Shown: piece by piece, positions 19,218 through 27,227 of the stretch
Numbering within the stretch: position 1 is the stretch's first letter
Layout: each line of letters begins with the position of its first letter
NCBI GenBank assembly: GCA_024280835.1
Contig: JAJRPJ010000018.1
Coordinates: 69,537 to 133,536 of the forward strand
Direction of reading: 5' to 3'
Length of the DNA stretch: 64,000 bases
Source of the DNA: Candidatus Zixiibacteriota bacterium
Lineage (GTDB): Bacteria > Zixibacteria > MSB-5A5 > GN15 > JACZUZ01
Program-made: the position numbers and the translations under genes
The notes under the pieces: generated by a model
What the model was told of the DNA's origin: nothing
What the model saw: the letters and a program-made list of their open reading frames with translations, nothing else
The model's database searches: none

Positions 19218-20660
19218 TTAACTAGAGTCACGAACATCGTAGTCAATTTTTAGGCGGGACAAATCACGACAGATACCTGGAGCCGTTTCGTTGACCAAGC
19301 GCTGTATATACTCAAAGTCCTTTGGATTCGGCAATTGTGCAAACCACTGGTAGAGTCGATTGCCAACAACAGCTATTTTACTATCTGAAACTAATTCATC
19401 AAGGCCCATCTTTTGTGAGGACTCAACAATTCGTTTGACGAATTCGTAGCCTGGAGTGACTGAACCATCTCGCTTCAGCGGGGCTCCAAACCAATGATCA
19501 TGATCAGCAAACATTTTCATGTCAATGCCCTTGAATCCGGATCCGAGAGCCGAAGCCAACATGAAACGTCTCTCGCCATCACTAATTGGAGCCAGAGTTT
19601 CGCTTTGTTTAGGATCTTCAATAGCTCGACCAAATGGATAGGCCGAACTCCATGGCAATGAAGTCTCGCCACGCAAATAGCGACCACGGCGAACAACTTC
19701 GTTGTAACTGTCCTGATATGATATTTCACAACCAGAGAGATTCTGACTATCTGAGTAGCCAACATCATAGAACGGCACCAACCCCTTTTGCGTGAAAAAC
19801 TTCGAACGTGAATAAAGTGGCTGAACTGTGTATTGCTCGTAAATAGAACTTAGAGACTCAAAGTAACGCTTGATGAGATGCTCTTTGAAACGATACCAAT
19901 CGAACATTCTCGGAAGATTCTTGTGGTCGGCATGCTCAAATTCGCGCAGTGGCTCAACTTCATCAAAATCCTTGAATTTCGTTTTGTACGAGCTATTGAG
20001 GGACTTGAGGTCATCGTAACGTCCCATCAAGAATGGAGCAAACTCACGAGCCAACATATCTTCATTGTAATCAGATGCAGCGGGGTCAATCAATCCACCG
20101 AAACTAGGGCTATCATCAAGTTCAATTATCACTACGGGCCCGCGAGGATGGATGTAGTTGCGAGTCGCATCGACGAAAGTCTTGAAATAGTGCTTGAGTG
20201 AATTCTGGAAAGCAGGACTCATATAGCTGGCCAAATATCCAGCCTTTTTGATTCCAGGCGCTCCTTTGAGAGGAATCTCATCACCATTATGGTCACGGGC
20301 AAGTGAGCGTAAATCACTGGTGACAAACTCAGGAGTTCCGCCATTGGGCCAGTCATTTCCAATATATGGCCCAGGGCGCAAAATCACTTTGAATCCCAGT
20401 TCGCGAGCCAATTCAAGAAAGACTGTCAGATCCTTGCGTGAATCATCATAGCCAAGAAAGTCTATTTCTCGAGACTTATCCTGATGAAGATTCCAAGGCA
20501 CTGGTGTTGAAATGAGACGGATTCCTGCGCGCTTTAGGCGCTCGAAGCATATCGACCAATAGCGTTTTTCGAGTCTAAAATAATGTAGCTCAGCGGCAAA
20601 AGCATAGATATCCTCTTTGCCCAAGGATATTTTATTTTCAGAGATTTCAAACATATACAA
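19218..20660 (-). CDS. GH35/GH42-like (clan GH-A) beta-galactosidase-like TIM-barrel fragment, ended by an in-frame TAA; probable start ATG 20654
   Basis: AAELHYFRLEKRYW, TPVPWNLHQ and ILRPGPYIGNDWPNGGTPEF parallel the GH35 pattern as I recall it (HYfR...W, WN.HE, RPGPYIcAEWe.GG.P.W). Confidence 0.6.
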   Translation of the reverse strand: MYMFEISENKISLGKEDIYAFAAELHYFRLEKRYWSICFERLKRAGIRLISTPVPWNLHQDKSREIDFLGYDDSRKDLTVFLELARELGFKVILRPGPYIGNDWPNGGTPEFVTSDLRSLARDHNGDEIPLKGAPGIKKAGYLASYMSPAFQNSLKHYFKTFVDATRNYIHPRGPVVIIELDDSPSFGGLIDPAASDYNEDMLAREFAPFLMGRYDDLKSLNSSYKTKFKDFDEVEPLREFEHADHKNLPRMFDWYRFKEHLIKRYFESLSSIYEQYTVQPLYSRSKFFTQKGLVPFYDVGYSDSQNLSGCEISYQDSYNEVVRRGRYLRGETSLPWSSAYPFGRAIEDPKQSETLAPISDGERRFMLASALGSGFKGIDMKMFADHDHWFGAPLKRDGSVTPGYEFVKRIVESSQKMGLDELVSDSKIAVVGNRLYQWFAQLPNPKDFEYIQRLVNETAPGICRDLSRLKIDYDVRDSS

Positions 20661-20821
20661 CTCAGTCTTTCACTGGCTTTTGATGAATCATGTGAAACAG
20701 TCTTCTGCTGTTTGATATAAATTACACTATTTTGGCGCTAAAGTCAAATCGTCGCCCGTAACCCGCTGCCATCCAACACGTTACTGGCTCAGCGGCCTGT
20801 TCTTGGCATTCTTGGGGACGT

Positions 20822-20859
20822 AGACAAGAGAAGCCCTCGGCCATAAGGCCAAGGGCTTC
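20822..20859 (-). terminator. Candidate intrinsic terminator after the 296-aa gene (weak U-tract)
   Basis: On the minus strand: GAAGCCCTTGGCC-TTAT-GGCCGAGGGCTTC (13-bp stem with one G-U pair) followed by TCTTGTCT. Confidence 0.4.
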
Positions 20860-20906
20860 TAAAAGTACATTCTCTTGTTATTAAGCTTCTCTAATTGACA
20901 GTAGAG

Positions 20907-21797
20907 TTACTTCATCAAGAGCATCTTACGAGTCTGGACAAAATCACCGGCTGTCAACTTATAGAAGTACATGCCGCTAGCAACTTGTGAACCATTGTCA
21001 CTGTCGCCATCCCAAGTAACCTCCCAGGCGCCAGCTTCACGAGCGCCGTTGACCAAGGTCTTGACCGTCTGGCCAAGCACATTATAGACCTCAAGTGTCA
21101 CAAGTGACTTACTCGCCAATGTGTAATTGATTTTTGTGCTCGGGTTGAATGGGTTCGGATAGTTTTGAGATAATTCGAACGAAGTTGGCAAAACACTGCC
21201 ATCGTCGATTCTAATATCGGTAAATGTAACAACCTTGGTTCCTAAGAATGTGGGAATTACACTTCCTCCTAAAGCGTCGCCAATAACAAAATCACCTGCA
21301 GGTGGGATAAACGTCGAATCAAGTGTCACTGTGCTTCCTTCCACCCATGAATTACCAGCGGCCAAGCTCAGGTATATTCTCGCCATCAATCGATTCGAAC
21401 CAGCTGGAACACCGCCAGTAAATGAGAACCCACCAACGATTACCGCGCCGACACTATCTGCGGTGGCATCTGACGTTGGAAGAGTAGTCCAGGCTCCACC
21501 GGGTGCGAAAACGCCTTGATAGACTAATGAATCGAATTGCCAGTCAGAGGTCGAGCGTGGTGGAGCGGCTGAGCTGGTAAAGTGACGATCCCAGGTAATG
21601 CCAAACGTGGATCCAGTCATGTTTGCACCGCTGTTTGTAAGAAAAACATTAACAACAAAACTCTGAATTCCAGACGGGTTTGGGGTAACATCAATGGTTA
21701 AGTAGACACTGTCCGCCAAGCTTGGCTGAGCTTTCACACTAGAGCCAAACCCCAGCGTCAAAACCAATACAGATACAATCATTAAAATACGTTTCAT
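20907..21797 (-). CDS. Secreted protein with a cohesin-like(?) beta-sandwich and a T9SS (Por) C-terminal sorting domain
   Basis: Signal peptide MKRILMIVSVLVLTLGFGSSVKA. Cohesin-like motif VYLTIDVTPNPSGIQSFVVNVFLTNSGANMTGSTFGITWD. CTD motif FELSQNYPNPFNPSTKINY...GMYFYKLTAGDFVQTRKMLLMK-stop. SD sequence AAGGAAGGA. Confidence 0.8.
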   Translation of the reverse strand: MKRILMIVSVLVLTLGFGSSVKAQPSLADSVYLTIDVTPNPSGIQSFVVNVFLTNSGANMTGSTFGITWDRHFTSSAAPPRSTSDWQFDSLVYQGVFAPGGAWTTLPTSDATADSVGAVIVGGFSFTGGVPAGSNRLMARIYLSLAAGNSWVEGSTVTLDSTFIPPAGDFVIGDALGGSVIPTFLGTKVVTFTDIRIDDGSVLPTSFELSQNYPNPFNPSTKINYTLASKSLVTLEVYNVLGQTVKTLVNGAREAGAWEVTWDGDSDNGSQVASGMYFYKLTAGDFVQTRKMLLMK

Positions 21798-22270
21798 TCG
21801 TTTGATCCTTCCTTTGTTCTTTGCTACAAAATAGACTTAATCATTATTTATATTTTCACAGTACTATAACAGAATCCGATGGATCCCACTCCGCCAAAAT
21901 TATTCGACGCAATATCAGGAAAGTACGCATCAATTATCGTTGAGTCAATACACCCTCCGCACTCATTTTGACAAATCGATATGGTGGATTGTCATTATCG
22001 ATCTTTCAATTTTCTTTATCAAACCGTAAGTATGGCGTGAGGACATGTAACATAGTGGCGACTATAGTTTCTTGGGGAACATCCGCCGCCAGAGACAATC
22101 GCTTAAGAATAGTCAACATGCGGTTGTTTCGTCAAGCAAAAAAGATTATTTGCCAAGATTTCTATGATTTCTTGTAGTTTTCCTAGCGATTTCGACTAAT
22201 TTCCACTTGCTGAATCGATCATGGCAATAGAACCAGTTTTCCTCATCAAACTTACCTGACTCATCAGAAT

Positions 22271-22315
22271 ACAACAAAAAGGAAGGCCGATTTGATTAAA
22301 TCAAATCGGCCTTCC
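22271..22315 (-). terminator. Rho-independent terminator after the BNR-dockerin gene
   Basis: On the minus strand: GGAAGGCCGATTTGA-TTTAA-TCAAATCGGCCTTCC (perfect 15-bp stem) followed by TTTTTGTTGT, 87 nt after the stop at 22402. Confidence 0.8.
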
Positions 22316-22401
22316 CACTGTAATGTATTACAGTCTAGCTCATAACATTGAGCGTCAACTGAATGGGTATCATTGCTACAATACCCTTTTTGTAATTCCT
22401 A

Positions 22402-25203
22402 CTAAATCCCTGCATTTCCACAAGCTGGCGCTGGGCCAGGAGGAGAGGCAAAAATACGCGCTATTCCAGCGGTTACATCAGCGATGTTAAAGGTGTTATC
22501 GCTGTTGAAATCGGCCTCATCCTGACAGGATGGAGCTGGTCCAGGCGGGGAAGCGAAGATACGAGCAATACCAGCGGTAACATCAGCGATGTTGAAAGTA
22601 TTGTCGTGGTTGAAATCACCAGGAGTAACACAACAGCCAAGAGTAAAGGCTGGAGTTACTGGTGGCTCAAGGGTCTTCGCAGTAGCGACACAAGCGTCAA
22701 AGGCAGCTTGATCACCAATACCTGTGACCATAATGAACCACATGTAGAGTGAATCATCGCTGTCGATTGTGTACGCGCCGCTATTAAGCACCATGTGCAA
22801 ATCGACTTCTGCGCTATCTGGAGCTGGGCTGGAGAACTTAGAGAAGCCACTAAGATCGTGCAGGGCTGTATCCAGTTTCGCATGATCCCAGTCGGCGCTA
22901 ACATATGTGGCATTGTCACGAGTGTACATACCATAGAAGCCAACACCCATTCCACCACTTCCACCAACTGTATAATCAGGCAAACCGTTGGTAGATGTTG
23001 GAATATAGATGGACGCCGCATAGCGCTCATCATTCGGCAAGATTGCTGTATTACCTGTATCCTGACCCCATTCTCCACCCTGTAAAGAGATGAGGAAGTT
23101 GCTGGCGTCTATGTTCGATGTGTTACGTGAACCTGAATCAGATGGTACATCCCAATCCCAGCCATAGGCACAAAAGACACTGTCAAGCGAAGAGGCTGAG
23201 TTGTTGTAATAACAAACACGAGCCAAAACGATTTTCCAGTTAGGATCATTGAAGAGTGATGCTTTCGGAGCAAAATAGTCAACTTGGAAGCAGAGAGTAG
23301 AATCCTGCGTCGTGAATTGACCTGAATTTCCGAGAGACCAGTCTACATTGGAAATGTCGTCGCTTGACGGAGATGTCAAAGGACGGAACTGGAAGCTATC
23401 AACAATGCTCGTGCTGAACATTGAAGAAACAACGATGTTGTTACCAGCTACTGGATACGAAACGATAGGTGAACCATCAAACAAGTAGTTGTCGGCGTTT
23501 CCAGTCGTATCAACTTCAGATGAAGCGGGAACATTCTGGAAGTCCATGGTCAAACCACCAGCTCCACCATTGTTCTGCAAAGCAGTACCACCAGTATTCG
23601 CAAATACTAGGCAGTTAGCCAAGGTATCAGTTTTGCGAAGCTCAAGATTAGCAATTGTATAGTCAATTGCGAGGTTGAGTGGTGAGTTGGCAAAGTTACC
23701 AGTCACTTCAATGTCAGCGTGAGCGTGCTGAACGGTCGTCTCAAGGAGAGCATTCAAAGTCAAAGATAGACCGATAAAGTTCGGGTCACCCTCAGAAATC
23801 GATCCAGAGGCGACGCCTGTTAGGGCAACGTTACCAGGAGGAGTCTGATTGGTGATGGTAATGGTGTAGGTCGCAGCAGCGTTACCAACATTAGTTAATG
23901 TCCAAGCAAGGGTTGAATCTGTGCCTGGAGGAGTAAATGCTGGATCTTCTACTGCTTGGCCAACAGGAATTGAGCTAGCCAAGAGCGGATTCGAAATTTT
24001 CTCAACACAACCAAAACGGAAGACTTTGAGTGAACTGTTTGTCCACGCACCTTCAGCTTGGATAGCTGAACCCGGATCGGAATCATTAACATACTGCACA
24101 AAGATATAGTTAGGACCAACGTAGCCACCGATGTTGCCACTCAAATCCGCAATAGCGTCGAAAGTGTCACCATTGAAATCGATATCAATACCATAGCGAA
24201 TCGCGCTATGCCACATATCTGAATCACAATCAGGATTAAGACCACCTGGAATTGTGTCACAGTTAGGTGTATATGTATCGGTTAGATTACGTTTCTGATC
24301 CCAGTTTAAACCAGCGTTATCAGAAACAGTGACGTAGATATCACCGTTCGATGCGCCTGCTGTTGCACCAGTTGAAGCTCTCTCAGCACAATCATCCTCA
24401 AGACCTGCCGGGACGTCGTTGAACTGAGTAAATGTGACATACAACTTGCTGTCACACTCTGAAATCTGAGGGTTGGTAGCGTTCAAGTTGAAGGCGCCAA
24501 CACCACACTCGGTCTGATCCCAAACAAAGTCATGGACAACACGAATCTTGTCACTGATAGGATCATAATGGAAGAGACGACCCGCAGCGCTGAATTGGCC
24601 ATCATAGCCTTCCCACTTTATCGCCTGCCAGACGACATGGAAGTTGTCAGCTTGATCATAAAGAACATCAAGCTTGGCTCCCGCAGAAAAGTCGAATACT
24701 GGGTGACCTTCATGAACCAATGAATCAGGACGCATGGTGACGTTTGTCAACTGTCCCCATGTAGCGCCCGCATCGGTTGACTCCATGTAATACAAGTCAT
24801 TGTCATTCTGACCAATGCCCCCATTAGGGCGCGAAATGACCCCACCAAATTGTGTTCCATCACCACGTCCAAAAGAAGCGGCGATAACTACTTTTTGTGA
24901 ACCAACTTTACGAGAGGCGGTCATTGCTGGGCTGAGGTTGAATCCACCAAAGCCAACCAATATCGGAGTCTCCCATACACCAGAAGCTGCAGTACTGTCT
25001 ATTGACGCCGCTCTAACCTTACGGACATAAAAAGCTTCGCCGTCTGCGTCAGTACGATCACTATGAATCAACAAATGTGTGACTTCAAGTCCGGTGCCAT
25101 CGTTTGTATAAGCAACACGAGGCCACAAAACCGCAGTCGCGTTACCTGCCAAAAGAGGAAGGGTGATTAGGGTATCGACAATCACACCAGTAAAGTCAGC
25201 CAA
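22402..25203 (-). CDS. BNR/Asp-box beta-propeller protein with a C-terminal twin dockerin (3' part of a frameshifted gene)
   Basis: Asp-boxes STDAGATW and SDNAGLNW. C-terminal GDFNHDNTFNIADVTAGIARIFASPPGPAPSC...DFNSDNTFNIADVTAGIARIFASPPGPAPAC. There is no signal peptide, the annotated start is only a TTG, and the frame stays open upstream of it. Confidence 0.75.
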   Translation of the reverse strand: MADFTGVIVDTLITLPLLAGNATAVLWPRVAYTNDGTGLEVTHLLIHSDRTDADGEAFYVRKVRAASIDSTAASGVWETPILVGFGGFNLSPAMTASRKVGSQKVVIAASFGRGDGTQFGGVISRPNGGIGQNDNDLYYMESTDAGATWGQLTNVTMRPDSLVHEGHPVFDFSAGAKLDVLYDQADNFHVVWQAIKWEGYDGQFSAAGRLFHYDPISDKIRVVHDFVWDQTECGVGAFNLNATNPQISECDSKLYVTFTQFNDVPAGLEDDCAERASTGATAGASNGDIYVTVSDNAGLNWDQKRNLTDTYTPNCDTIPGGLNPDCDSDMWHSAIRYGIDIDFNGDTFDAIADLSGNIGGYVGPNYIFVQYVNDSDPGSAIQAEGAWTNSSLKVFRFGCVEKISNPLLASSIPVGQAVEDPAFTPPGTDSTLAWTLTNVGNAAATYTITITNQTPPGNVALTGVASGSISEGDPNFIGLSLTLNALLETTVQHAHADIEVTGNFANSPLNLAIDYTIANLELRKTDTLANCLVFANTGGTALQNNGGAGGLTMDFQNVPASSEVDTTGNADNYLFDGSPIVSYPVAGNNIVVSSMFSTSIVDSFQFRPLTSPSSDDISNVDWSLGNSGQFTTQDSTLCFQVDYFAPKASLFNDPNWKIVLARVCYYNNSASSLDSVFCAYGWDWDVPSDSGSRNTSNIDASNFLISLQGGEWGQDTGNTAILPNDERYAASIYIPTSTNGLPDYTVGGSGGMGVGFYGMYTRDNATYVSADWDHAKLDTALHDLSGFSKFSSPAPDSAEVDLHMVLNSGAYTIDSDDSLYMWFIMVTGIGDQAAFDACVATAKTLEPPVTPAFTLGCCVTPGDFNHDNTFNIADVTAGIARIFASPPGPAPSCQDEADFNSDNTFNIADVTAGIARIFASPPGPAPACGNAGI

Positions 25204-25829
25204 TATTGGAGTGAAGTTATAGAAAGCCCAAGAATCGAACCTTCCGCCAGCTCCAAAGCTGGATCCCAGTGATGTGCATTGACCACTAGGCCAGTAGCGC
25301 CGCGGGAAGCAATAGATGTGTAACCAGAACGGTTCGGTGGAATAAGGTCACCACCAATATCAACACCACCTGTACCGTCAGTAAGGCCACCAGTGATTGG
25401 GTCATAACCCTCATACTTGACATTACGACCGCCTGTAGCGGAGTTGTTGTCCTGATTCATCCAAGTAAAGTTTAGACCATGATCTGGCTCACTAGTAGCA
25501 ATGAGCCTGTTCATCGAACCATTACGTTGGTAATCATAGAATGTACAGCCAATCGTCAAACCTCTAACCGCATCTTCGATTCCAGGCGTACAACCAAGAC
25601 TTGAAGAGCTAGAGGTTGCGCCGATGTACGAACCCTGAGTGCGGTCTGCGCCCATAAAGCCACCGGCTTGTACTTGACCGTCAGAAGGCAAGGCATACTT
25701 CACCGTATTAATTGCTTTCAAACGAATTTTTTCTTTTGTGTCGTTGTCGATGCCGTACGATGACTGCACTCCGACGAGGGCCACAAGCGATAACGTAAGG
25801 GAAATCTTAGTTAAGATATTCCTATTCAT
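25182..25829 (-). CDS. 5' part of the same gene: signal peptide plus the start of the propeller (probable start ATG 25829)
   Basis: MNRNILTKISLTLSLVALVGVQSSYG is preceded by a GGAG SD. The ORF ends 22 nt inside the next ORF in another frame. Confidence 0.6.
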   Translation of the reverse strand: MNRNILTKISLTLSLVALVGVQSSYGIDNDTKEKIRLKAINTVKYALPSDGQVQAGGFMGADRTQGSYIGATSSSSSLGCTPGIEDAVRGLTIGCTFYDYQRNGSMNRLIATSEPDHGLNFTWMNQDNNSATGGRNVKYEGYDPITGGLTDGTGGVDIGGDLIPPNRSGYTSIASRGATGLVVNAHHWDPALELAEGSILGLSITSLQYWLTLLV

Positions 25830-27110
25830 TAACTCGCTCCTTTCATTAAGATTTAAAAACGATCTACTTATTTCCTGAACTTTTTTCTTAATTCGACACA
25901 TTCTTTTATAACAAAAACGAAACCTATTACACGTACCTGTTGTATCATCTTTGTTTGAAGCTCTGACTTCACTGAGCTACTCGAGCGCTACGCCTGTCCG
26001 TACCGACAAACCGAATGTGATTGATAGCGATCGAAGACTTAGATTTCGTGTGCTTCCCTTTTCTCCTCCCTCCTACACTGCTAGCGTAGGGAAATCGGCC
26101 CTATAAGGGGGCCAGTCCAAAAACTCTTAGATAATTTACTGTTTCTTAATTTTTTTTCGATCAGTTGTTACTGTGCATTTACGAGAGGTAATTCTACACT
26201 TACAGCAAACTTAGATGGTATCTCACAATAGTTATAGAAAGTTTCTTCGGTTTGCAACATAATGAGCTCGCAACCCAAGCCCGCCTCTATTGTAAGGCGA
26301 ATAACAAATCCCACCATCTTTCTAAGTATTAACTCACGTTGAACTTGATGTCCATACACGAGCTATATTACAGATGTGCAAAAAAATAGGTAGTTTTGGC
26401 TGGTCTCAATGGTTAATCGGCCCAAAGAAACCCGCACTTAGAAAGTAGAACTCTAGGACGGCGATGTCAAGAAGTATTGAGGCAAACCTGGCGCAAAATC
26501 TGCGACAAACTGCTAAAAAGGCGCTTTTATCGCCCCTGATGAGATGGAGCAATAGACAATTGCCTGTTTTGAAACAAATAGTCCCGATTGCCGAGTTCAC
26601 CGTGCATATGAATATATGTAACCTCTAGGCAACAAAGACAAAAAATGCTTCCCCGCTACGCTGATGGGTTCAAATACAATGCTTGAACAGTTATCTATCT
26701 AATGCAATTAGCCAAAGACTTAGATGAAAATATCGATTCAACAGCATTAAACCTACAAGACTAATACTAATGTGCGTTGAAACTCACTGGCAGAATCAAA
26801 GCCCAGAGCCAATACTTTTCGTTGGCGCCTGAAGAAAGACAACGCCTTACGCATTAGCGCTTTAGTAGAAATCTCAATTCAATTCGTGGGCTAACTGCGC
26901 TATCACATAGAAGTAGATTGTAATATTCACAACTGGAGAGGCCGCTCGCGAAACAAATGACATTCAAGACAATGACATTCGAAGCAATGCCACTCACAAT
27001 CACTAATGGGCCGCACTACTCTGATAGACTCGTGGCTACATATAATCTAGCTTTTTTTGCAACAATATCACTAGTCGATAGACCACTAATCATGGCAATC
27101 GCTCTAACAC

Positions 27111-27153
27111 AAGAAAAAGCGTCGATCTCGTTATGAATCAACGAGATCGACGC
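27111..27153 (-). terminator. Rho-independent terminator closing the 28-kb operon
   Basis: On the minus strand: GCGTCGATCTCGTT-GATTCAT-AACGAGATCGACGC (perfect 14-bp stem) followed by TTTTTCTT, 75 nt after the stop at 27228. Confidence 0.85.
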
Positions 27154-27227
27154 TTTGTGAAGACTTTATAAGGGCTCTTTAGGTGACATCAGCCCCTCCT
27201 ACAATTGATCGGCTATTGCCTTCTAGA

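Noticed and set aside
637-19220. Hypothesis that TAA is reassigned or generally read through in this organism, which would explain the two in-frame TAAs.
   Set aside because: TAA also terminates genes whose C-termini must be genuine. The T9SS CTD protein ends ..RKMLLMK-TAA at 20907, and the 5,200-aa gene ends in TAA 45 nt before the next gene. A global reassignment is therefore not supported, though local readthrough cannot be excluded.
25221-25310. tRNA-like signature on the minus strand: GGTTCGATTC (T-loop-like) and CTAGTGGTCAA (D-loop-like) within GCTTCCCGCGGCGCTACTGGCCTAGTGGTCAATGCACATCACTGGGATCCAGCTTTGGAGCTGGCGGAAGGTTCGATTCTTGGGC.
   Set aside because: No cloverleaf can be folded. The T-stem arms (GGAAG/CTTGG) do not pair and there is no acceptor stem. 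The segment is coding sequence (..GLVVNAHHWDP.. / ..GGRFDSW..).
26221-26300. Possible c-di-GMP-I (GEMM) riboswitch in the long leader, suggested by GCAAACC on the minus strand (TTGCAAACCGAAGAAAC).
   Set aside because: Only this short fragment matches. The GACGCAAAGC-type second conserved block and the paired P1/P2 architecture are absent.
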